Source: Alphaproteobacteria bacterium (GTDB taxonomy: Bacteria; Pseudomonadota; Alphaproteobacteria; JAOXRX01). Taken from it: 64,000 bases of DNA. The stretch is taken from assembly GCA_025800285.1 (NCBI GenBank), contig JAOXRX010000037.1, positions 144,150-208,149 on the forward strand, read 5' to 3'. Under the pieces are notes generated by a model. The model was not told the DNA's origin and did no database searches. It was given only the letters and a program-made list of their open reading frames with translations. The position numbers and the translations under genes were made by a program. Numbering within the stretch: the stretch's first letter is position 1; every line of letters begins with the position of its first letter. Positions 38,239 to 47,164 of the stretch are shown piece after piece.

Positions 38239-40401
38239 ATGTCAGACTTATTTCATCATTTTATAAACGGAGACTTGCATGACTCTTTTGCATATTTTGG
38301 CATGCATAAACATGGGTCTGATATAGTAATTAGAACCTTTTTCCCCTATGCAAAATCTATAGAGGTCATAAATAAAAACAATAATAACTCTTTAGGTTTT
38401 ATGAATGAGATTTATAATAGTTCAGTGTTTGAGCTTGTTGTGAAAAAAGGGAAAAAAACACCATATTTTTTAAGAATAACAAACTCTCATAATCATGTAA
38501 TGGATTTAGAAGATGCTTATCGTTTCCACTCTATTTTTGGAGAGATTGATAGACATCTTTTAGCAGAAGGCACTCATTTTAAATCATATAATAAAATGGG
38601 AGCACACCCATGTGAGCTAGAGGGGGTTAGAGGAACCTCTTTTGCGGTTTGGGCTCCTAATGCTTGTAGGGTTTCTGTGGTTGGAGATTTTAATGGCTGG
38701 GATGGTAGAAGACACATAATGAGATATCACCCTTCTTGCGGAGTTTGGGAAATGTTTGTGCCTCATGTTTCCGTTGGAGATGTATATAAGTTTGAAATAA
38801 AGAGCAAAGATGGTAAGGTTATGCCTCTAAAGGCGGACCCTTATGCTTTTTGTGCAGAGAAGCCTTCAAAAACAGGCTCTGTTGTTCACGGAGTACAAGA
38901 TTATAAATGGCAAGATAAAAACTGGATGAAATCTAGGGATGCGGATAGGAATTCTCCATTAAATATATATGAGGTTCATGCAGGCTCTTGGAAAAGAAAA
39001 AATGGCGGAGAGTTTCTCTCGTATAAAGAATTAGCAGATGATTTGATTCCTTATGTTAAATGGATGGGATATACTCATATTGAGTTGTTACCAATATCAG
39101 AGTATCCATTTGAAGGCTCTTGGGGATATCAGACTATTGGGTTATATGCTCCAACTGCTAGGTTTGGCAATCCTGAAGATTTTAAATATTTTGTGGATAA
39201 GGCTCATCAAGAAGGTATAGGAGTTATATTAGATTGGGTAGCAGGACATTTTCCTAAAGATGAGCATGGGCTAGGGTGCTTTGATGGAACAAAGATATAT
39301 GAACATGAGGATGCTAGAAAAGGAGAACATAAAGGTTGGGGAACTTTAATATATAATTATTCTCGTAAAGAAGTTAAAAATTATTTGCTGTCTAATGCTC
39401 TGTATTGGATGGATGTTTTTCATATAGATGGGCTAAGAGTTGATGCTGTTGCTTCTATGCTTTATCTGGATTATTGTCGAGAGCCTGGTGAATGGGTTAA
39501 AAATGAATACGGTGGAAGAGAAAATATAGAAGCAGTTTTATTCTTAAAGGAATTAAATGAGGTTATATATAGAAAATTCCCAACAGCAATCACTATTGCT
39601 GAGGAATCTACAGATTGGGGTATGGTATCTCAACCAACTTATGATGGAGGGCTAGGCTTTACATATAAGTGGAATATGGGCTGGATGCATGATACTCTTA
39701 GATACATTAAGCAGGACCCTATTTATAGAAAGCACAATCACAAAGACCTAACATTCGGTATGCTATATTTTTATAATGAGAACTTTGTATTGCCAATTTC
39801 TCATGATGAAGTAGTTCATGGCAAGAGCTCTCTTATCGGTAGAATGCCAGGAGATGAGTGGCAGAGGTTTGCTAATTTAAGAGTTTACTTAACTATGATG
39901 ATGACATATCCTGGTAAAAAGACTCTCTTTATGGGGTGTGAGTTCGGGCAGTACGATGAATGGAAATATAAAGGCAGTCTTGATTGGCATTTAAATCAAT
40001 ATGCTGTTCATAAAGGGGCTCAATTGGTTACAAGAGATTTAAATCATTTATATAAGGATGAGAAGTCATTATATGAGTTTGATAATGATCCTGAAGGATT
40101 TCAGTGGATAGAGTGTAATGATGCAGAAAACTCTGTTCTTTCTTACATAAGAAAATCAGATGAAGAGCATATGGTGGTTGCTTTAAACTTCACTCCAGTA
40201 ATTAGAGAAGAGTATCGTTTAGGAGTTCCTGAATATGGATATTATAAGGAAGTATTTAACTCTGATTCTGAGTATTATTCTGGATCAAATGTTGGTAATT
40301 TAGGTTTAATACATAGTGATAAAATACCGATGCATGGATTTGATTACTCTATAAAAGTCTGCCTCCCACCCCTCGCAGGAATTATATTGAAAAAGAAATA
40401 A
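38239..40401 (+). CDS. glgB: 1,4-alpha-glucan branching enzyme
   Basis: 720 aa, GH13. Motifs HIDGLRVDAVASMLY, ITIAEESTDW and SHDEVVHGK. Confidence 0.95.
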   Translation: MSDLFHHFINGDLHDSFAYFGMHKHGSDIVIRTFFPYAKSIEVINKNNNNSLGFMNEIYNSSVFELVVKKGKKTPYFLRITNSHNHVMDLEDAYRFHSIFGEIDRHLLAEGTHFKSYNKMGAHPCELEGVRGTSFAVWAPNACRVSVVGDFNGWDGRRHIMRYHPSCGVWEMFVPHVSVGDVYKFEIKSKDGKVMPLKADPYAFCAEKPSKTGSVVHGVQDYKWQDKNWMKSRDADRNSPLNIYEVHAGSWKRKNGGEFLSYKELADDLIPYVKWMGYTHIELLPISEYPFEGSWGYQTIGLYAPTARFGNPEDFKYFVDKAHQEGIGVILDWVAGHFPKDEHGLGCFDGTKIYEHEDARKGEHKGWGTLIYNYSRKEVKNYLLSNALYWMDVFHIDGLRVDAVASMLYLDYCREPGEWVKNEYGGRENIEAVLFLKELNEVIYRKFPTAITIAEESTDWGMVSQPTYDGGLGFTYKWNMGWMHDTLRYIKQDPIYRKHNHKDLTFGMLYFYNENFVLPISHDEVVHGKSSLIGRMPGDEWQRFANLRVYLTMMMTYPGKKTLFMGCEFGQYDEWKYKGSLDWHLNQYAVHKGAQLVTRDLNHLYKDEKSLYEFDNDPEGFQWIECNDAENSVLSYIRKSDEEHMVVALNFTPVIREEYRLGVPEYGYYKEVFNSDSEYYSGSNVGNLGLIHSDKIPMHGFDYSIKVCLPPLAGIILKKK

Positions 40402-40500
40402 AAAACTAGCTACCGAAGTAGCTAGCTGTAAATATCGAAATAAATTTCTTATTAACGACTAGACATTTAAATCCAATATGCTATCTATATAATTCATTAA
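40400..40500 (-). ncRNA. tracrRNA candidate (5' end uncertain)
   Basis: Minus strand 40484-40456 (ATAGCATATTGGATTTAAATGTCTAGTCG) is perfectly complementary to nt 5-33 of the minus-sense CRISPR repeat. It is followed by a small hairpin and an intrinsic terminator GCTAGCTAC-TTCG-GTAGCTAG-TTTTTT (40426-40400). Confidence 0.7.
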
Positions 40501-40609
40501 TAATTTAATCGATAAATTAATTATTATATATTTTTAATATAAAGTCAACTTGTTTTTTGTAAATATATATTTTATATTATATTAAAATAAAACATGGAGG
40601 ATAAAGTAT

Positions 40610-43600
40610 ATGAAATATAGATTAGGTTTAGATATGGGTTCAACTTCAATTGGCTGGAGTATTGCTGAACTAAATGAAGATGATATAGCAGTTGATATAA
40701 TTGATACAGGTGTTAGAATATTCCCAGATGGTAGAGATGATAAAAGTAAAGAGTCTCTATGTGTATCAAGGAGAAATGCTAGAGGAGCAAGAAGACTGCA
40801 TAATAGATATAAGCAAAGAAGATCAGACTTAATAAATAAACTTATAGAAATAGGTTTGTTTCCTATGAATATTGAAGATAGAAAGTCTTTAGAAAAACTA
40901 AATCCATATAAGTTGAGGAGCGATTCCGTTAATGAAAAATTAACTAAATATGAACTGGGGAGAGCTTTATTTCATTTATCTCAAAGAAGAGGTTTCAAAT
41001 CTAGTCGAAAAGACGATGCAGAACAAGGAGGAAAGTTAAAAGATGGTTATAAAAAGTTACAAGAGGAAATGTTAGAGCATAATTGCAAAACTTATGGACA
41101 ATATTTATATAAAAAACTTAAAAATGGAGAAAATGCAAGATTAAATGATGCTTATGATGACAGTGGTAACTTTATAGGCAATGCTTCTTTTCCGTTTAGA
41201 GATACATATATAAATGAATTTGATATAATTTGGGATAAACAAGCCGAGTTTTATCCCGATGTTTTAAATTTAGAAAATAAGAATAAAATAAAAGAAACTA
41301 TATTTTTTCAAAGAGCTTTAAAAGAGCAGGAAGAGGGAACTTGCACTCTTGAAAAAGGAGAACCAAGAATTGCAAAAGCTCATCCATTGTTTCAAGAATT
41401 TAGATTATTACAAACAATAAATATTATTAAGTATGCAGAAAAAAATGATACTAATTATAGAAATTTAACACAAGAAGAAAGAGATAAGCTTTTACATATA
41501 TTAAACAATCCTCAAGATTATGATACAACTGCAAAGGGTAGAATTAATTTAGGAAAGATAAAAAAATATTTAAATTTACATAAATATGGCAAGTTCAATT
41601 TAGAAGGTAAAGGATTTAAATATAGCAAAACAGCTGAAGATTCAAAATCAATTAATACAAATTCTACAGTTTTTGCTATATATAATGAAAAATCTAACAC
41701 TGAAAATTTAAAGAAGGAATGGAGTAATATATCTTCAGAACAACAAGAAAAGGCTATTGAAATAATATCAAGACCAGATATAGATAAATATCAAAAATTA
41801 TCCGCAGATGATTATACAAATTTAGTTATAAAAGAATTAATTGCAAAAGTTTCTTTAACAGAAGAATCTGCAAAAGAATTAGCTATGTTGAATTTAGAAG
41901 ATGGTTTTGGTAATTTATCAAAAAAAGCCATAAGAAATATACTACCTTATTTACGAGAAGGTTCGCTCTACAGTGAAGCTTGTGAAAAAGCAGAATATCA
42001 TCATTCTCAAAAAGAATATGAGCATATTGATAAACTTCCATATTATGGAGAAATTCTTTCAGAACATTGTTTGGGAAAAAAATCTCAACCTAAAAACATA
42101 GAAGAAGAATTTGGTAAAATAAACAATGCCACAGTTCATGTTGCTCTTAATCAAATTAGGCATCTAGTAAATGAAATTATATCTTTATATGGAAAACCTT
42201 TTGATATAGCGATTGAATATGGAAGAGATTTATCTGCTGGCTCAAAAGAGCGAAGTAAAATGACAAATGTAAGAGATAAAAATGAGAAAGAAAATGAAAA
42301 AATAAGAAAAGAGTTGATTGACAAAGGTATTTTAACAGATCCTAAAAGATATGACATCCAAAAATATAAAATATGGAAAAATTTAGGAATAGGTAAAGGA
42401 GATAAGGTTTTAGATAGAGAGTGTCCTTTCTCAGGAGAAAAGATATCTCTAACAGAATTGTTTAACGGGAATAAATTTCAAATAGAGCATATATTACCAT
42501 TTTCAATAACATTAGATGATTCTTTAAATAATAAAGTTATAGCTTTAATAACAGCTAATAAGTTTAAAGGCAATAGAACTCCATGGGAAGCTTTTAACGA
42601 ATCCCCTAATGGTTATAATTGGGATGATATTAAAAGAAGAGCAATGAAATTATCTTCTGAACAACAATGGAGATTTAATGAAAATGCTATGAAGAAGTTT
42701 TCTGATAAAGAGGGCCCGATAGCGAGAGCTCTAAATGATACTAGATATATGACTAGACTATTACAAGAATATCTTTTGCCAATTTGTAGGGAAGATGGAA
42801 AGAAGACAGTTTTATCAGTTCCAGGTAAGTTAACTAGTTTAGTTAGGAAGTCTTGGGGCTTAAATGAATATAAAGAAAAAACAAAAGATGTTGGTTATAA
42901 TCCTGAAACTGGAGAAGTTATTGAAGAAAAAAACGAAGATTATAGAGCTTTTCATAATCACCATGCTATGGATGCTATAGTTATTTCTTCTCTATCTAGA
43001 TCTCAATTGCAACAAGTTGTTCCTGAAATGAAAAGGTGTTCTAATGATATTATGAACCATTTTAAAGATGATTTTTATAAATTAAGAGATTCTTTAGTCT
43101 CAAAAGAAGAAAAAAAAGAATTGAAAAAAAGAATTCGTGATTTTAGAGAATGTAAAGAACAAGGAATTATTTCAGAATATATACCTATACCTAAAAAATT
43201 GAATGTATTTAATATAAAAGAAAAAGTGGCTAATATAAATATATCATATAAACCTAAAACTAAAAATCCGTATGATTTAAAATCTACAGTCGGACAATTA
43301 CATGAAGACACTGCTTATGGGATAATTGGATTCTTAGATGATAAATCGTTAAAAGCAAAATTTCATGTTCATAAAGAAGATAAAAATAAAAAAGTAGATG
43401 CTTTAAAAGATAACAGTATTGTTAGTTATATACCAATGTTTCATACTCAAGAAGATAAAAAAGCTTATTATAATGCTTATAAAGAATGGTTTATTAATGA
43501 TGGTAAAGCAAAATTAATGAATGCAAAAACAAAAGAAGAAAAAGCTCTTAAAAAAGAACAATCTGAAAAAGAATTGCAAACAGTTCTCGCTTTAAGAGAA

Positions 43601-44128
43601 GCTTCTTTAAAATCTTTTAAATGGTTTGTTGGAGGAGGAAATTTCTGTGCGGAGATATATGAAATTAATCCTCAAAACAAACATAAAGGAGTTGCAATGA
43701 AAAATGCTGGAAAATGGGAAGGAGAAATCATTTCTAATTATAATGCAACAGTTAGAGCACATAATAATGAACCTATAAGCTACTTACATTATAAATATCC
43801 TAATGCTAAAAAGATTATGACTTTAAAAATGAATGACATGGTCATGGCAACATTTAATAAAGAACAAGCTTTCGATGATAAATTCCCTAAAGGTATTCAA
43901 AATTATGTTAGAGAGAAATTTAATAAAGAGAAAAATTTAGAAAATATTGCTATTTTGTTTAGGGTTAAAAAGATTAATTCAGCTGGAACATTATTTTTAA
44001 GACCTCATAATATTGCAAAAGAGGAAGCTGATAAAAAATGCTGGATAGCTTCTATCTCTGGTATGGGAAATTGCAATGCTAAAAAAGTTTTTGTTTCTTC
44101 AACAGGAAAAATTAAAGATGTTAAATAA
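40610..44128 (+). CDS. cas9: Cas9 endonuclease, type II-C
   Basis: 1172 aa. RuvC-I GLDMGSTSIGWS, Arg-rich bridge helix RRNARGARRLHNRYKQRR, RuvC-II IAIEYGRD, HNH QIEHILPFSITLDDSLNNKVIALITANKFKGNRTPWEAF, RuvC-III HNHHAMDAIVIS. RBS GGAGGA. Confidence 0.95.
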   Translation: MKYRLGLDMGSTSIGWSIAELNEDDIAVDIIDTGVRIFPDGRDDKSKESLCVSRRNARGARRLHNRYKQRRSDLINKLIEIGLFPMNIEDRKSLEKLNPYKLRSDSVNEKLTKYELGRALFHLSQRRGFKSSRKDDAEQGGKLKDGYKKLQEEMLEHNCKTYGQYLYKKLKNGENARLNDAYDDSGNFIGNASFPFRDTYINEFDIIWDKQAEFYPDVLNLENKNKIKETIFFQRALKEQEEGTCTLEKGEPRIAKAHPLFQEFRLLQTINIIKYAEKNDTNYRNLTQEERDKLLHILNNPQDYDTTAKGRINLGKIKKYLNLHKYGKFNLEGKGFKYSKTAEDSKSINTNSTVFAIYNEKSNTENLKKEWSNISSEQQEKAIEIISRPDIDKYQKLSADDYTNLVIKELIAKVSLTEESAKELAMLNLEDGFGNLSKKAIRNILPYLREGSLYSEACEKAEYHHSQKEYEHIDKLPYYGEILSEHCLGKKSQPKNIEEEFGKINNATVHVALNQIRHLVNEIISLYGKPFDIAIEYGRDLSAGSKERSKMTNVRDKNEKENEKIRKELIDKGILTDPKRYDIQKYKIWKNLGIGKGDKVLDRECPFSGEKISLTELFNGNKFQIEHILPFSITLDDSLNNKVIALITANKFKGNRTPWEAFNESPNGYNWDDIKRRAMKLSSEQQWRFNENAMKKFSDKEGPIARALNDTRYMTRLLQEYLLPICREDGKKTVLSVPGKLTSLVRKSWGLNEYKEKTKDVGYNPETGEVIEEKNEDYRAFHNHHAMDAIVISSLSRSQLQQVVPEMKRCSNDIMNHFKDDFYKLRDSLVSKEEKKELKKRIRDFRECKEQGIISEYIPIPKKLNVFNIKEKVANINISYKPKTKNPYDLKSTVGQLHEDTAYGIIGFLDDKSLKAKFHVHKEDKNKKVDALKDNSIVSYIPMFHTQEDKKAYYNAYKEWFINDGKAKLMNAKTKEEKALKKEQSEKELQTVLALREASLKSFKWFVGGGNFCAEIYEINPQNKHKGVAMKNAGKWEGEIISNYNATVRAHNNEPISYLHYKYPNAKKIMTLKMNDMVMATFNKEQAFDDKFPKGIQNYVREKFNKEKNLENIAILFRVKKINSAGTLFLRPHNIAKEEADKKCWIASISGMGNCNAKKVFVSSTGKIKDVK

Positions 44129-45020
44129 TATCATTGAAATTTCTACGGATAATAAAAAGCTTTCTGTTTATAGGGGTTTTTTAAGAATTGAAGGAAATTC
44201 GGATGTTCTAAAAGATATAACTTTTGATGCAATTAACTCCCTTATAATAACAGCTCGAGGAGTCATTTATACAAATAATTTATTGCAACAGCTGTGCGAA
44301 AGAGGAATACCTTTAGTAATTTTAGGTAAAAATTTTCATCCTATAGGGACATTATTATCTTGTATTGGTAATTATAAACAAACTGAAGTTCAGTTGAAGC
44401 AAATTGAAAATAAAAAACCATTACAAAAACGAATATGGCAATTAATAATTCAAGAAAAGATAAAAAATCAATCAAGAGTTTTAGACAGTTGGAATAAAAA
44501 AAATGAATTAAAATGTTTACATAAAAAAGTTCTTTCAGGAGATTCTACAAATATAGAGGCTTATGGGGCTAGGTTATATTTCAAATCTCTTTATGGAGAA
44601 GATTTTATTCGTAATAAAGACATGGAGGGGATTAATTCTTTTCTAAATTATGGTTATGCTATTATAAGAGCGGCTCTTGCAAGATATGTAGTTGCTTCAG
44701 GGTTAAATCCATCTTTTGGAGTAGAGCATCATAATAAGTTAAATCCATTTTGTTTAGTTGATGATTTAATTGAACCTTTTCGCCCAATAGTTGATAATAC
44801 CGTATATGCAATTTTTCAAGAGAATAATGTTTCAGAATTAACTACAGAATATAAAGCTAAACTATCAAATTTATTAACAGAAGAATTTTATAACGGAGAA
44901 GGATTTTCTCCACTATATGTTATATTGCAACAAATAGTTCGAGATTTAGTGAAAATATATGAAAGCAAGAATGTTAATTTTAACTTTAATTCTCATTTAA
45001 TAAAAGAAGATTTATTTTAA
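44118..45020 (+). CDS. cas1: Cas1 integrase
   Basis: Start set at MLNNIIEIS, which overlaps the cas9 stop by 11 nt; the track ORF starts at 44076. Conserved NSFLNYGYAIIRAALARYVVASGLNPSFGVEHH. Confidence 0.9.
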   Translation: MLNNIIEISTDNKKLSVYRGFLRIEGNSDVLKDITFDAINSLIITARGVIYTNNLLQQLCERGIPLVILGKNFHPIGTLLSCIGNYKQTEVQLKQIENKKPLQKRIWQLIIQEKIKNQSRVLDSWNKKNELKCLHKKVLSGDSTNIEAYGARLYFKSLYGEDFIRNKDMEGINSFLNYGYAIIRAALARYVVASGLNPSFGVEHHNKLNPFCLVDDLIEPFRPIVDNTVYAIFQENNVSELTTEYKAKLSNLLTEEFYNGEGFSPLYVILQQIVRDLVKIYESKNVNFNFNSHLIKEDLF

Positions 45021-45365
45021 ATGAAAGAAGAAAAAAGATATTTAAATGGGAGGAAACTTATGTGGATGATGGTTATGTTTGATTTACCTACAGATACATC
45101 TGTTCAAAGAAAGTCTGCAAGTAAATTTAGGAAGTTTTTGTTAGATACAGGTTTTGAAATGGTGCAGTTTTCTGTCTATACTCAATTTACAGGAACATGG
45201 GAGTCTTCTCAAAAATATGTTAATAACATCAAAGAAAATACTCCTAAATATGGAGATATAAATATATTATTTTTTACAGATAAACAGTTTGAAAATATTA
45301 TCCATATAGAAAATTTAAAAGAAGAAAAATTAAGAGAAAAGCCTAATCAGTTCGAACTTTTTTAA
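45021..45365 (+). CDS. cas2: Cas2
   Basis: 114 aa. The ATG abuts the cas1 stop. First beta-strand WMMVMFDLPT, with size and position typical of type II Cas2. Confidence 0.85.
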   Translation: MKEEKRYLNGRKLMWMMVMFDLPTDTSVQRKSASKFRKFLLDTGFEMVQFSVYTQFTGTWESSQKYVNNIKENTPKYGDINILFFTDKQFENIIHIENLKEEKLREKPNQFELF

Positions 45366-45475
45366 GAAAATGAAAAACGAATCGATAAAAAAATAATTAT
45401 ATTTTCAAAAAAAATGAAAAAAACATATGAAAAAACATGCATAAAAAGCCATTTTTTTTATAGGTTAATATAAAG

Positions 45476-45503
45476 AAAAAGCCCCCACCCAGAGGGCTTT
45501 TCG
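45476..45503. terminator. bidirectional intrinsic terminator between cas2 and the first repeat
   Basis: AAAAGCCC-CCACCCAGA-GGGCTTTT, with T-runs on both strands. It ends 7 nt before repeat 1. Confidence 0.6.
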
Positions 45504-45510
45504 ACTATCT

Positions 45511-46601
45511 ATTATAGCATATTGGATTTAAATGTCTAGTCGCAACGGAAATGCCGTAGATATATCAACAAGCACAATTATAGCATATTGGATTTAAATG
45601 TCTAGTCGCAACAAATCGTCATAAGGCAACATTATTTGTTTTATTATAGCATATTGGATTTAAATGTCTAGTCGCAACTATTGGGGATGAAATATGGGAT
45701 GTTAGATTATTATAGCATATTGGATTTAAATGTCTAGTCGCAACTTTATCTCCTTTTCCTTTTGTTTTTTTTATATTATAGCATATTGGATTTAAATGTC
45801 TAGTCGCAACAAGAAGAACTTAAACAAAGAATCCTTGAGGATTATAGCATATTGGATTTAAATGTCTAGTCGCAACTTTCCAATCACATAAGAACGAGTC
45901 CTCAACATTATAGCATATTGGATTTAAATGTCTAGTCGCAACGAGACTCTCCTACATCTTGATAGCCTCCTAATTATAGCATATTGGATTTAAATGTCTA
46001 GTCGCAACTATATGAACGGCTTTTGCTTTTGTTTTAATATTATAGCATATTGGATTTAAATGTCTAGTCGCAACTAGCTGGACTGATGAGTTTAAACAGA
46101 TGTTATTATAGCATATTGGATTTAAATGTCTAGTCGCAACCCTAATCAAACAGTTAAGTTTTTGCATAGAATTATAGCATATTGGATTTAAATGTCTAGT
46201 CGCAACTTTACTCTCCTTTTCCTTGAGTATTGTTTTATTATAGCATATTGGATTTAAATGTCTAGTCGCAACCTATTATGTACTCATCCATCTCTTTTGT
46301 AGATTATAGCATATTGGATTTAAATGTCTAGTCGCAACTTATCTTTGCCTTTCTGCTCCTGCAATAAGATTATAGCATATTGGATTTAAATGTCTAGTCG
46401 CAACATGTAAATTAGGTTTTCATAAGTGGGAATAATTATAGCATATTGGATTTAAATGTCTAGTCGCAACTAACAGTAGGTGATAGCATTTCGTTTTTTA
46501 TTATAGCATATTGGATTTAAATGTCTAGTCGCAACTTGTTGAAGCCAAATAGTATTGTCTTCGAGATTATAGCATATTGGATTTAAATGTCTAGTCGTAA
46601 T
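45511..46601 (-). CRISPR. CRISPR array: 17 repeats of 36 nt and 16 spacers (15 of 30 nt, one of 29 nt)
   Basis: Plus-strand repeat ATTATAGCATATTGGATTTAAATGTCTAGTCGCAAC starts at 45511, 45577, 45643, 45709, 45775, 45841, 45907, 45973, 46039, 46105, 46171, 46237, 46303, 46369, 46435, 46500 and 46566. The last copy is degenerate (...GTCGTAAT). Minus-strand sense (GTTGCGAC...TATAAT) is inferred from tracrRNA complementarity and the II-C repeat convention. Confidence 0.97.
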
Positions 46602-46621
46602 AAATGAGTATATAAAAAAGA

Positions 46622-46642
46622 AACCTCTCAATTTGAGAGGTT
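46622..46642 (-). terminator. intrinsic terminator after rpsI
   Basis: AACCTCTCA-ATT-TGAGAGGTT, with a T-run downstream on the minus strand (TCTTTTTTAT). Confidence 0.7.
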
Positions 46643-46675
46643 CTTTTATAAAGTAAATTCCATATGTTTTGGAAA

Positions 46676-47149
46676 TTATCTTTTAGCCCATTGTTTAGCT
46701 CTTCTAGATTTATGAAGACCATATTTATGTCTTTCGTTAATTCTAGCATCACGAGTTAATAGACCTTCTTTCTTAAGAGCAGCTCTTAATGCTGGGTCAA
46801 ATCTGTTTAATGCAACAGCAATACCGTGCTTAACAGCATGTGCTTGACCAGATAGTCCACCACCTTTTACAGTTGCTTTAACATCGAATTGTCCTTCAAC
46901 ACCAGCTACTACGAATGGGTGATTAACAATCATTTGTAGAGTTTTTCTTGCAAAATATGCAGGAAGCTCTTTACCATTAATTTCAACTTTACCAGTACCT
47001 GCTTTTACCCAAACTCTAGCAGTTGCCCATTTTTTCTTTTTACCTGTAGCATATGCTCTACCTAGGTCATCTATTTGAGCTTTTCTTTCAACAGGAGCTT
47101 CTGTTGCAGTTGCTTCAACTTCTTGTTTCAAATCTTTTAAATCTGTCAT
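46676..47149 (-). CDS. rpsI: 30S ribosomal protein S9
   Basis: 157 aa. [16 protein letters not shown] and the C-terminus RRAKQWAKR. The N-terminal extension is typical of alphaproteobacteria. Confidence 0.95.
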   Translation of the reverse strand: MTDLKDLKQEVEATATEAPVERKAQIDDLGRAYATGKKKKWATARVWVKAGTGKVEINGKELPAYFARKTLQMIVNHPFVVAGVEGQFDVKATVKGGGLSGQAHAVKHGIAVALNRFDPALRAALKKEGLLTRDARINERHKYGLHKSRRAKQWAKR

Positions 47150-47164
47150 TGTTATATACTCCTA

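Noticed and set aside
45970-46167. 65-aa minus-strand ORF with an internally repeated peptide (VATRHLNPICYN)
   Set aside because: It is a translation of the CRISPR repeats; the periodicity comes from the 66-nt repeat-spacer unit, not from a gene.
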